From Thermoplasmata archaeon (lineage in GTDB: Archaea > Thermoplasmatota > Thermoplasmata > Lutacidiplasmatales > UBA184): 33,147 nt of DNA. Shown here in pieces: positions 1-7,143 of the stretch. Numbering within the stretch: position 1 is the first letter of the stretch; the number at the start of each line of letters is the position of its first letter. The position numbers were made by a program, and so were the translations under genes. The notes beneath the pieces were generated by a model. The model was not told the DNA's origin and ran no database searches. It was given only the letters and a program-made list of their open reading frames with translations. The DNA is taken from the NCBI GenBank assembly GCA_022749905.1, contig JAKIWU010000001.1, forward strand, positions 1 through 33,147, written 5' to 3'.

Positions 1-4
1 TACC

Positions 5-3000
5 CTACAAGCCCGCGGGAGGCAGCACCGGCCTCTCGGTATTTGGCCGTTTGGAATCCGGGCTCGGGCGCGCGCCGACGTCGAGGGTCGCGGCGGGGTC
101 GGAGGCGCTGGCCGCACCGTACCGCTCGAGCGTCGTCTGCGAGGCGGTGCTGGGGAAGAGCGTAAGCAGGGACGACTCGAGGATCTGGATCCGCTGGCGG
201 ACGTACGGGGTCACGCCCGGGGTCGCTGCGAGCTGCTGGGAGAGACCGAGGTATTTGCGCACCGCTCCCTCGAATACCGTCGGGGTGAGCGCTCCGCCGC
301 ACACGCCGCCGGGCTCCTTCGGCTCCGTGCACTGCCCGGCGAGCGGCGGACGACGGAAGGAGGCCCCGCAGGCCTTGCAACGGAAGCGTTGGGTCGCGAA
401 CCCCTTCAGGTTGCCCATGAGGTCGGGGAGGAAATGGGCGTTCAGGACGAGCTGGATCGCATCGGCGACGTCGACCGCGCGGATCTGGGAGGTGAGCCGC
501 AGCGACTCCTCGACGATCGAGCTCATCGACGCGGCGTCGCGGTAGGCGGAGCGGACGGGCGCCCCGGCGATGTCGGTGGTGTCGTGGGTGAATCCAAGCC
601 CCTCGAGGGGCGCCTCGTGGCCGAGCCGATGGCGGAGGGTCTCGAGGAGAGGGGCGACCTCGTTCGCAGATCGGCCGGCCTCGGCGGCCCGGAAGAGCGC
701 GAGGGGGTAGCGCGCGACGATGTCGAGGTTGTGCACCTCGCTGTCGACCTCCGAGGGATCGAGCCGGGTCGTCAGGACGAGCGGCTTGTCCATCAGCGCG
801 CCCCGGCTGTCGGGAAGGTAGGCACGCGAGAAGTTGAGGAGCGCGTCGAGGAGGAGCGTCACGGAGTCCTCGTCCCCGTCGCAGTTCCGGCGCTTCGCGG
901 CGTGGAAGACCGGGTGGGCGAAGCACGCTTCGGCGTCCGTGAACCCGAGGATCCGGCCCGCGACACCGCCCGAGGTATGCGGCGCCAGGGCGACGACGAG
1001 CTGCCCGACCAGGTCCGCCTCCCCCTGGGCCCGGTAGAACGGCTCGCGGCCATAGAGCCACGTGAGCTCGTCGTCGACGAATTGGGCGATCCGGAGGAGA
1101 TACTGGCCGCAGCTGTGGGAGACGACGAGGTCCTGCGGGGCGATCTCCACCAGCTGGTCGTCGGCGACGAGCGGGGCGCCGGCCCAGTCGGTGGCGTAGC
1201 CGAGCGAACGCGCCCGCTCGGACGTAAGTCCGATCTCGCGCGGTCGGAAGTGCGTGAGCGGGAGGTCGGTCAGGTCGAAACGCGCCGTCCCGTCCTGGTA
1301 GACGGAGACGCCGTGCGAGGCCCGGAGGATCGCTTTCTCGAGGGTCTCGGGGACCTTTCCCGCGGACGTGAGGCCCTTTACACCCTTCACCTCGGGGGCC
1401 TTGCGGAGCCGGAGGCGCCGGAGGGCGTCGGCCCAGAGCGACCCCACCGGGAACTCCTGCGTGAGCACTTCGCCCGTCGGGGCGGTGTGGCCACCGCACG
1501 CGCACTTCATCCAGACGCTCGAGCGCCCGCACGCCGGGCACGTCCGGACACCGAGGCGCGTCTTCACCGGTCGCGTCGCTCCGGCAAGCGCTGCCGTCGG
1601 GACCGAGCGGTGCGGACCGCCCGCCTCCCCGACGGGGAACAGGCCGTGGACGTTCGGACTCATCGAGCGCTGGCGCGCCTTCTCCGGACGCCCGACCCTC
1701 GCGCCGATCCGCGACGGGGCTCGCGCCTTGATGCGAACGCCGGCGAGTCGACTGACGAGGAGGAGCGCGTCCTCTCCTGGTTCCCCCACGGGGATCCTTC
1801 GAACGGGTCGGGCCCGGTCGAGGGAGAGTCCGAGCCCGCCCGCGAGAGCGGCGGACGACTCCGGCTCTCCCCGCAGACGATGGCCGGGGAGCGGCGCGTG
1901 GAGGAAGCCGAGGCGGACGAGCAGCTCGCGCTCCGCCTCGGCCCACGGTAGGACGAGGCACCCGTCGTCGACTCTCCCCGCACGCTCGACGAACTCCGAG
2001 AGCTGGGCGATCTCCGCGGGTAGGAGGTCGTGCCAGAATAGCAGGTAGCGAGGATGCAGGGGAACGCCGAGCTTCGTGGAGACCTCGACGGCGTCGGCAT
2101 AGCCGGCCGGCGGGACGCCCGCGTCCTCCCCGCTCCTCGCCAATCGGCATTCCTCGGCGTGCCACTCGAGCGAGTAGGCGCCAGGGACGAGCGGCCGGTT
2201 GTTCTCGAGGAACTCGCCGAACGGCACGAGGATCTCTCCGAGGTCGACGATCCGACGGACGTCGTTGACGAGGCTCTCGGCCCGCGCGCGGTCGTGGACC
2301 GCGGTAACGGTGCCGTCGACGAGTTCGACGATCGGCCCCTCGACAGTGTCGCAGACCGAGATCGCCGACGCCTTCCCGGGGAACTCGACCTTGAGCTGGG
2401 TCCCGACCGCGATGAACTTCCGCAGGAGGATCATCGTCGCAGGATTCACCGCGCAGGAGGCGAGCCCCGAGGTGCGGGCGCGGCCGTACACGAGCCGAAA
2501 GCCACCGGGGCGCCCTGGGTAGGCGAGAACCGGTCGGCCCCCAACCGCTTCGCGGAGGTACTTCGGAGCGCCGGACTCCGCTGCCTCGGCGAGACCGGAA
2601 TGTCCGAGCTCGGAGAGGAACTCCCATCCGGGAACCTGGAGCTTCACGGCGATCTTGCGGAGCTTGGCGGCCTTCTGGCAGATCCCCTCCGCGATGACGA
2701 GGCACGCCCCTCCGCGGATCCCGTTCGTGGAGACCCGTGCGAGATTGCGGAACGCGCTCACCTCCGCGTCCCCCTCGGTCGATTCGCCCGAGATGCAGAC
2801 CGGGACGTTCCGGACGACCGTTTCGATCTCGTTCGCGGAGGGAACGTACTGGAGATGCTGGTAGTGCTTGTAGAGCGGGATCTCCTCGCAGTAGCGCTCC
2901 ACCTCGGCTGTGTCGGCCGTATAGGTCCCGAGGCCGAGGTCGCGCCGAACGGCGTCAGCGAGGAGCACGGACAGCGCTTGGGCCGTGCCTCCGGCCGCGC

Positions 3001-3424
3001 GGATCGGACCCGCGTAGTAGAGCTCCACATACGATGCGCTCCCTCGCCCCTCGCGCACATGCACCTCCGCGAGCCCCTCAAGGGGCGCCACGAGAATCCC
3101 TTCGGTGAGGATCGCGAGACCGACCCGGAGCGCCGCGTCGAGCCTTGGCTCGACGGCCGCACCACGAGCGGTGTCGCGTGCGATCCGCCGTGCGATGGTG
3201 ATCGCAACCTCCTCCCGCGGCATCCGGGAGCTGAGCTCGCGGATCTCGAGCGCGATCCCCTCGATCCCGAGGTGCGCGAGGAGCTTCTCGACCCGCATCG
3301 CCATGTCCTCAGCGCACGGGATCTCGACGTGGATCTCCGGATCGAGACCGAGCGATCGGGCCTCCTCGGCGAGCGCGTACGCGCGGCCTACCTCAGCATC
3401 GATCGCACGAGAGTACTCGTGCAC
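5..3424 (-). CDS. polC: DNA polymerase II (PolD) large subunit DP2
   Basis: About 1140-1153 aa ORF. The N-terminus (VHEYSRAIDAEVGRAYALAEEARSLGLDPEIHVEIPCAEDMAMRVEKLL) matches the archaeal DP2 N-terminal pattern, and Cys clusters sit near the C-terminus (CKACG...CGG). No intein-sized insertion. The maximal ORF begins at GTG 3466. I prefer in-frame GTG 3424 because a TTTAT box lies exactly 24 nt upstream, the same geometry as radA and sodN. Stop TAG at 5-7. Confidence 0.95.
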   Translation of the reverse strand: MHEYSRAIDAEVGRAYALAEEARSLGLDPEIHVEIPCAEDMAMRVEKLLAHLGIEGIALEIRELSSRMPREEVAITIARRIARDTARGAAVEPRLDAALRVGLAILTEGILVAPLEGLAEVHVREGRGSASYVELYYAGPIRAAGGTAQALSVLLADAVRRDLGLGTYTADTAEVERYCEEIPLYKHYQHLQYVPSANEIETVVRNVPVCISGESTEGDAEVSAFRNLARVSTNGIRGGACLVIAEGICQKAAKLRKIAVKLQVPGWEFLSELGHSGLAEAAESGAPKYLREAVGGRPVLAYPGRPGGFRLVYGRARTSGLASCAVNPATMILLRKFIAVGTQLKVEFPGKASAISVCDTVEGPIVELVDGTVTAVHDRARAESLVNDVRRIVDLGEILVPFGEFLENNRPLVPGAYSLEWHAEECRLARSGEDAGVPPAGYADAVEVSTKLGVPLHPRYLLFWHDLLPAEIAQLSEFVERAGRVDDGCLVLPWAEAERELLVRLGFLHAPLPGHRLRGEPESSAALAGGLGLSLDRARPVRRIPVGEPGEDALLLVSRLAGVRIKARAPSRIGARVGRPEKARQRSMSPNVHGLFPVGEAGGPHRSVPTAALAGATRPVKTRLGVRTCPACGRSSVWMKCACGGHTAPTGEVLTQEFPVGSLWADALRRLRLRKAPEVKGVKGLTSAGKVPETLEKAILRASHGVSVYQDGTARFDLTDLPLTHFRPREIGLTSERARSLGYATDWAGAPLVADDQLVEIAPQDLVVSHSCGQYLLRIAQFVDDELTWLYGREPFYRAQGEADLVGQLVVALAPHTSGGVAGRILGFTDAEACFAHPVFHAAKRRNCDGDEDSVTLLLDALLNFSRAYLPDSRGALMDKPLVLTTRLDPSEVDSEVHNLDIVARYPLALFRAAEAGRSANEVAPLLETLRHRLGHEAPLEGLGFTHDTTDIAGAPVRSAYRDAASMSSIVEESLRLTSQIRAVDVADAIQLVLNAHFLPDLMGNLKGFATQRFRCKACGASFRRPPLAGQCTEPKEPGGVCGGALTPTVFEGAVRKYLGLSQQLAATPGVTPYVRQRIQILESSLLTLFPSTASQTTLERYGAASASDPAATLDVGARPSPDSKRPNTERPVLPPAGL

Positions 3425-3448
3425 GGTTCGCGCACAAGGCTCCGGACC

Positions 3449-3453
3449 ATAAA
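3449..3453 (-). promoter_or_regulatory. Candidate archaeal TATA box (GGTTTATGG on minus strand), 24 nt upstream of GTG 3424 of DP2
   Basis: AT island in GC-rich DNA. The TTTAT-N24-start spacing is identical to the boxes upstream of sodN and radA. Confidence 0.4.
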
Positions 3454-3505
3454 CCTGAGCGAGCACAGGAGCCGAACGCCGGACACGGATCGGCTCCAGC
3501 GGGGC

Positions 3506-4354
3506 TCAGGAGAGCGGATAGTTCGTCCAGAGAAACTCTTGGCGTGGGCGCTTCACCGAGTGCGCAGTCCTCCGGGGTCCCGCCCAACGATGCCAGCCTT
3601 CGTACAGGGAATCCATGAGGTCACATCGGTACCCTGAAACCGCGACGCGACCTCGGCACGCCCGGAGCACGTCCGCAAGCTTCCCGTGCTCGGCCTCGTC
3701 GAACTCGTGCGCGTAGATCCTGCTGTCGCCCCGCGTACTGTGGGGGTAGGGCGGGTCGCAGTACGTGAGGGTGCCGAGGGAGTCATACCGGCGCACGACC
3801 TCGAGCGCGGGCCGATCCTCGATCTGGACCCGGAGGAGGCGTTCTGCGATCTCCGGGAGACCCTCGACGCTGCCGAGCCACCGGGAGACCGCACCCGACA
3901 TGCCGGAACGGCTCACGGTCCGGCAGTTGGCCCATCGGCCCATCGAGGCGGCCTGCGCGAGTCCGGTACGGGACTGGCGGGCGCGAACGAAGAAGCGACG
4001 CGCCCTCTCTACGGGCCGGAGGCCGGGCTCCTGGGGCCGGAGCGCGGCCTCGTACTCCCTCCGTGAGAACGGCGTGAGTCCGATCGCCTCGATCAGCGCC
4101 GCGCGATCGTTCCGAAGGACGCGGAAGAAGTTCGCGACCTCGCCATCCAGGTCGTTGTACGTCTCGAGCTTCGCCGGGGCACGGTTGAGGAGGACCGCGG
4201 CCGATCCCCCGAACGGTTCGACGTAGTGATCGCACGCGGGGAGGAGAGGGAGGAGCCAGTCGAGGTGGCTGAACTTCCCGCCGTACCACCCGAACGCGAT
4301 CCGCTTCGGCCCCGCGAGCCTCACCGCCGGATGCTGAGTCTGGGGAGTCGTCAC
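3506..4354 (-). CDS. Dam-family (D12 class) N6-adenine DNA methyltransferase, orphan
   Basis: Motif I EPFGGSAAV and motif IV DPPY (TYCDPPYPHS). N-terminal FGWYGGK is typical of the Dam/MethyltransfD12 family. The N-terminal 60 aa of the track ORF (3506..4534) are Arg/Ser-rich and overlap the upstream gene. GTG 4354 gives 282 aa, 10 nt after the TfoX-like stop. No nuclease-like ORF is adjacent. Confidence 0.85.
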   Translation of the reverse strand: MTTPQTQHPAVRLAGPKRIAFGWYGGKFSHLDWLLPLLPACDHYVEPFGGSAAVLLNRAPAKLETYNDLDGEVANFFRVLRNDRAALIEAIGLTPFSRREYEAALRPQEPGLRPVERARRFFVRARQSRTGLAQAASMGRWANCRTVSRSGMSGAVSRWLGSVEGLPEIAERLLRVQIEDRPALEVVRRYDSLGTLTYCDPPYPHSTRGDSRIYAHEFDEAEHGKLADVLRACRGRVAVSGYRCDLMDSLYEGWHRWAGPRRTAHSVKRPRQEFLWTNYPLS

Positions 4355-4364
4355 GACGTTGCGC

Positions 4365-4727
4365 TCAGCCCTTCTTCCCCTTCGCTCCCTTCGCGGGAAG
4401 GTGCCCGGCGAACTCAAGCGAGCTCGCGAGGAGCGCACCGAATTTTCGCCGATCGGAGAGGAGTTCGTGGGAGAGCACACAGTAGCCGCGCATCGGACGG
4501 CCCGGCATCGGTTCGAACGGTCGGGCCCCCTCACCCTTCGCCGCCTCTGCGAGGTCTGTCTCGGGAAGCCGGAGGAAGATGTCCGGGCCGAAGACGCCGA
4601 AGAACATGTTGCCGTTCGCGAAGGCGGCGGGCTGTCCGAACACCTTGCGCACCGTCACGCGAGGGTCGGCAGGAACGAGCTTTTCGAAGCGCGCGATCGC
4701 CTCCGGGGAGGGGCTCGGCATCTTCAT
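4365..4727 (-). CDS. TfoX N-terminal domain-like protein
   Basis: MKMPSPSPEAIARFEKLVP...VTVRKVFGQPAAFANGNMFFGVFGPDIFLRL resembles the TfoX_N fold signature (K-hF-G-x-AF-x-NGNMF-x-Gh). The upstream 82 codons of the 202-aa track ORF look non-coding (R/G/P-rich), so the start is placed at ATG 4727. Confidence 0.65.
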   Translation of the reverse strand: MKMPSPSPEAIARFEKLVPADPRVTVRKVFGQPAAFANGNMFFGVFGPDIFLRLPETDLAEAAKGEGARPFEPMPGRPMRGYCVLSHELLSDRRKFGALLASSLEFAGHLPAKGAKGKKG

Positions 4728-4828
4728 GGATCGGGACAAGGGGCGGAGCACGTCGCCGTGGATAAGCACCGCAGCCGGCTCACTCCACGTCCATCGCTGC
4801 GCGCCGTTCCCGTCGTAGCTCCCGTCGC

Positions 4829-4852
4829 GACGGGGGTTCAAATACCCCCGTC
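4829..4852. repeat. Perfect 8-bp stem hairpin GACGGGGG-TTCAAATA-CCCCCGTC in the 248-bp divergent intergenic region
   Basis: Read directly from the sequence. The loop carries the AT island TTCAAATA. A near-repeat GGTTCAAGTA follows at 4862-4871. Confidence 0.6.
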
Positions 4853-4975
4853 CGGGCCATAGGTTCAAGTAGCGTTTCCGACCAAGTCTTGGACGTCCAT
4901 CAGAGCCCGCTTCGGCCCCCGGTGAATCCCGGGGTCGCTGGGGTGGGGCCAGTTGACAGGAGGTGATGTGCACAT

Positions 4976-5371
4976 ATGACGAATTTGACGGAGAAGAACC
5001 TCGGGTACGGCTTCGGACTCCTCGGAGGCCTCCTCATCGCCCTCGGCGCCCTTACCGCCCTCGTTCTGGGCGCGGCGGACCTGGTCGTCGGGCGATGGTT
5101 TGGTGCTGCGAGCTTCGCGAGTGAGGCCGTCGTCCTCTTCGTGGTCGGAGCCCTCGCCGCGTTCTTCGCCTACCTCGGGAACCACGGCTGGAAGGATCGC
5201 CCCTCGACGAGCGGAGTGATCCTCGTTGTCGTCGGTCTTCTGGGATGGGGTCTGCTCGGGATCGGCACGAACCTGCTCGCAATCGTGGGCGGGATCTTCG
5301 TGTTCCTGGCAGGGATCCTCTACCTAGTAGAACCGATGCGAAAGGTCGCGGTCGCCACGGTAGCGGCGTAG
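4976..5371 (+). CDS. Small integral membrane protein (about 4 TM), unknown function
   Basis: Four hydrophobic Gly/Leu/Val-rich segments. A 10-nt Shine-Dalgarno match AGGAGGTGAT (4958-4967) lies 8 nt before ATG 4976. Confidence 0.6.
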   Translation: MTNLTEKNLGYGFGLLGGLLIALGALTALVLGAADLVVGRWFGAASFASEAVVLFVVGALAAFFAYLGNHGWKDRPSTSGVILVVVGLLGWGLLGIGTNLLAIVGGIFVFLAGILYLVEPMRKVAVATVAA

Positions 5372-5484
5372 AGCGCCCTTCCCAACCCTTTCCCCCCTCC
5401 CCATTGGCGGGGAGACCCACGGAATCCGCTACACGCCCCGCGAGGGACGGCGCGATTCGGCTCCGGCCAGTGGGTGGAGGCGAC

Positions 5485-6168
5485 CTACGGGGGGCGACGC
5501 AACCTGGCGACTGCGATCGCTGCGGCCGCCGCGATTCCCTGAGCGAGGAAATACACCCAAAGATCGGTGTAAGTTCCAGAGAGAATCGCCGGGGCGAGGG
5601 ATCGCGCGAGGTTCAGGGAGCTCCCCGAGATAGGGCCGATGACGAACGTTGAGACTCCCACGACGGCACCAGGGAGCACGAGCCGCCACCGGAGGGTCCC
5701 GGGACCCGCTGCGGCCAGGTAGAGGACGCTGAACAGGAGCAAGAGCGTGAAGACCGACTCGCCAAGCAAGGCCAGCATCCAGGCGCCGCCGCTCGGGACG
5801 GTCGATCCGAGGCGGGCTCCCGATCCGAGAACGAGCGCGACGGCCGTGCTCCCGAGCACCGCGCCGGCGAGTTGGGCCACCACGTAGACGGGAATCTCGA
5901 TCCTTGGGAACGTCCTCGCCCCCCACAAGACGACCGTCACGAGAGGATTGAGATGGGCCCCAGATGTCCCGGCGACCAGCAGGATCGGGATCGTGACCGC
6001 GAGGAACCACGCGACCGGGAGGACCCAGACGGGGGTGTTCCCATGATTCGACCCCGCGACGATCGCTCCCGTTCCAATCGCCACGAGCAAGGCCGTGCCG
6101 CCCACCTCGGCCGCGGCTCGGAGCCGGCGGCTCGGGGGGACGAGCTCGTCGCCGGAGGGAGGGCTCAC
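5485..6168 (-). CDS. MIP/aquaporin-family channel (aquaglyceroporin-like, candidate arsenite channel)
   Basis: Two hemi-pore boxes, SGAHLNPLVT and SGSSLNLARS, corresponding to the canonical SGxHxNPAVT and NPARS, with six hydrophobic segments. GTG 6168 overlaps the arsC stop (GTGA), giving 227 aa. The upstream 38 codons of the track ORF overlap arsC. Confidence 0.85.
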   Translation of the reverse strand: MSPPSGDELVPPSRRLRAAAEVGGTALLVAIGTGAIVAGSNHGNTPVWVLPVAWFLAVTIPILLVAGTSGAHLNPLVTVVLWGARTFPRIEIPVYVVAQLAGAVLGSTAVALVLGSGARLGSTVPSGGAWMLALLGESVFTLLLLFSVLYLAAAGPGTLRWRLVLPGAVVGVSTFVIGPISGSSLNLARSLAPAILSGTYTDLWVYFLAQGIAAAAAIAVARLRRPP

Positions 6169-6584
6169 ACGTGATCCGTGCGCCGGATCTCCACGATCAA
6201 CTTGCGAATCCGCGTTCGGAGCTCGTCGCGAACCGCACGGAATCCGGCTTCGTCGAGGTGCGCTGGATCGGGAAGGCCCCAATCCTGGGGATGCGCGTCG
6301 CGCAGGCGCGCCGGGCAGCTCGCATCATCGAGGCAGCCCATCGTGACCGCGATCGTCGCCGACCGCATCGCCTCGTCCGTCAGGGCCTGAGGGGAATGGT
6401 TCGGGAGCTCGAGCCCGAGTTCGCGGAGCAACGGGCCGGTCCGCGGGTTCGGCGCGGCTGCCGGCCGTGTCCCGGCCGAAGTCGCACGCCACCCCGGCGG
6501 GGCTTCGGCGTTGAACAGCGCTTCCGCCATCAAGGAGCGGCCCGCGTTCCCGACGCAGACGAAGAGCACGCGTCGGTCAGCCAT
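6165..6584 (-). CDS. arsC: Arsenate reductase, LMW-PTP / thioredoxin-coupled type
   Basis: MADRRVLFVCVGNAGRS carries the CX5R(S) P-loop. A downstream Cys pair (GCLDDASCP) and DP motif (GLPDP) are present. Size is about 139 aa. ATG 6584 is preferred over GTG 6590. Confidence 0.85.
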   Translation of the reverse strand: MADRRVLFVCVGNAGRSLMAEALFNAEAPPGWRATSAGTRPAAAPNPRTGPLLRELGLELPNHSPQALTDEAMRSATIAVTMGCLDDASCPARLRDAHPQDWGLPDPAHLDEAGFRAVRDELRTRIRKLIVEIRRTDHV

Positions 6585-6652
6585 CAGCACCAGTCACAGC
6601 AGCCGGGGGGACACCCCAGCGGGTCGCAGCAACCCGGATCGTTCTCGCTCAT
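6584..6652 (-). CDS. Unannotated 22-codon cysteine-rich small ORF (MSENDPGCCDPLGCPPGCCDWC)
   Basis: ATG 6652 is preceded by GGAGGTG with a 4-nt spacer. Six Cys in 22 residues. The TGA stop (6586-6584) shares a nucleotide with the arsC ATG (TGATG). An in-frame stop lies 18 nt upstream of the ATG. It falls below the ORF-track length cutoff. Confidence 0.45.
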   Translation of the reverse strand: MSENDPGCCDPLGCPPGCCDWC

Positions 6653-6714
6653 CGCCCACCTCCGTTCACTTCAAGGACTGAAGCAATCATAAGCTTCCGC
6701 TACGTGAAGGGGTA
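6653..6714. promoter_or_regulatory. Divergent promoter/operator region of the ars-like module
   Basis: 62 bp holding nested inverted repeats of a TGAAG/CTTCA unit: CTTCA(6669-6673)...TGAAG(6679-6683), GAAGC(6680-6684)-AATCATAA-GCTTC(6693-6697), and TGAAG(6705-6709). The only AT island (CAATCATAAG / CTTATGATTG) sits between the GAAGC/GCTTC arms. It is about 22 nt from GTG 6715 and about 36 nt from ATG 6652. Confidence 0.4.
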
Positions 6715-7038
6715 GTGAACGACTGTTGCCCGGACCCTCTTACGTGTCCGTGTCCCCCGGTGGGGCTCATCGACGTCGTCGGCAAGAAGTGGGCGATGTG
6801 CGTGGTCACCCTCCTCGGAAGCTACGGGACCCTGCGGTTCGGACCAATCCACCGGTCCCTTCCGGCGGTGAGCCCCGCGACCCTGACAGGCACGCTGAAG
6901 GCTCTCGAGCGGGAGCGGATTGTCCGCAGGGTGCCGGTCCCCGAGGACCGGCGAGCTCCGGGGGCGTACGCGTTGACGACCCGGGGGACCGCGCTCTACA
7001 GGAGCCTCCTGCCGCTCGCGAGCTGGCTCCGCGGCTGA
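6715..7038 (+). CDS. HxlR/DUF24-family winged-helix transcriptional regulator with Cys-rich N-terminus
   Basis: GKKWAMCVVTLLGSYGTLRFGPIHRSLPAVSPATLTGTLKALERERIVRR...PGAYALTTRGTAL matches the HxlR pattern (KW..L..L..G..RF..L......S...L...L+.LE...+V.R....P..V.Y.LT..G..L). The N-terminus MNDCCPDPLTCPCPP has 4 Cys. GTG start. Confidence 0.8.
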   Translation: MNDCCPDPLTCPCPPVGLIDVVGKKWAMCVVTLLGSYGTLRFGPIHRSLPAVSPATLTGTLKALERERIVRRVPVPEDRRAPGAYALTTRGTALYRSLLPLASWLRG

Positions 7039-7143
7039 GCCGGATCCATCGGCGCTCCGACACCCTCCGGCCCGAGGTCGGCGAGTCGAGCCGGTTCCCG
7101 ACCCCGAGGCGCTATGTGCGAACGCGCCGGTTCCGGCCGCACC

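Noticed and set aside
389-3637. Long plus-strand ORFs (389..1951, 1368..2048, 2054..3637) antisense to the PolD gene
   Set aside because: Their composition is Arg/Gly/Asp/Pro-rich with no recognisable motifs. They fully overlap a gene with clear DP2 homology. This is the typical stop-codon-poor antisense frame of GC-rich DNA.
4829-4860. tRNA-like features (GGGGGTTCAAATACCCCC followed by ...GGGCCA), and GGTTCGATTC at 9607-9616
   Set aside because: The first has an 8-nt loop, no G53-C61 pair, and no complementary 5' acceptor strand about 65 nt upstream. The second has no pairing T-stem. No cloverleaf could be built for either.
4728-4973. N-terminal extensions of track ORFs (4365..4973, 3506..4534, 10511.., 24282.., 25238.., 28313..29446, 30406.., 5485..6282)
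   Set aside because: The upstream portions overlap neighbouring genes or are low-complexity Arg/Pro/Gly-rich. Internal starts coincide with 1-4 nt overlaps with the preceding stop, or with the beginning of the homologous region.
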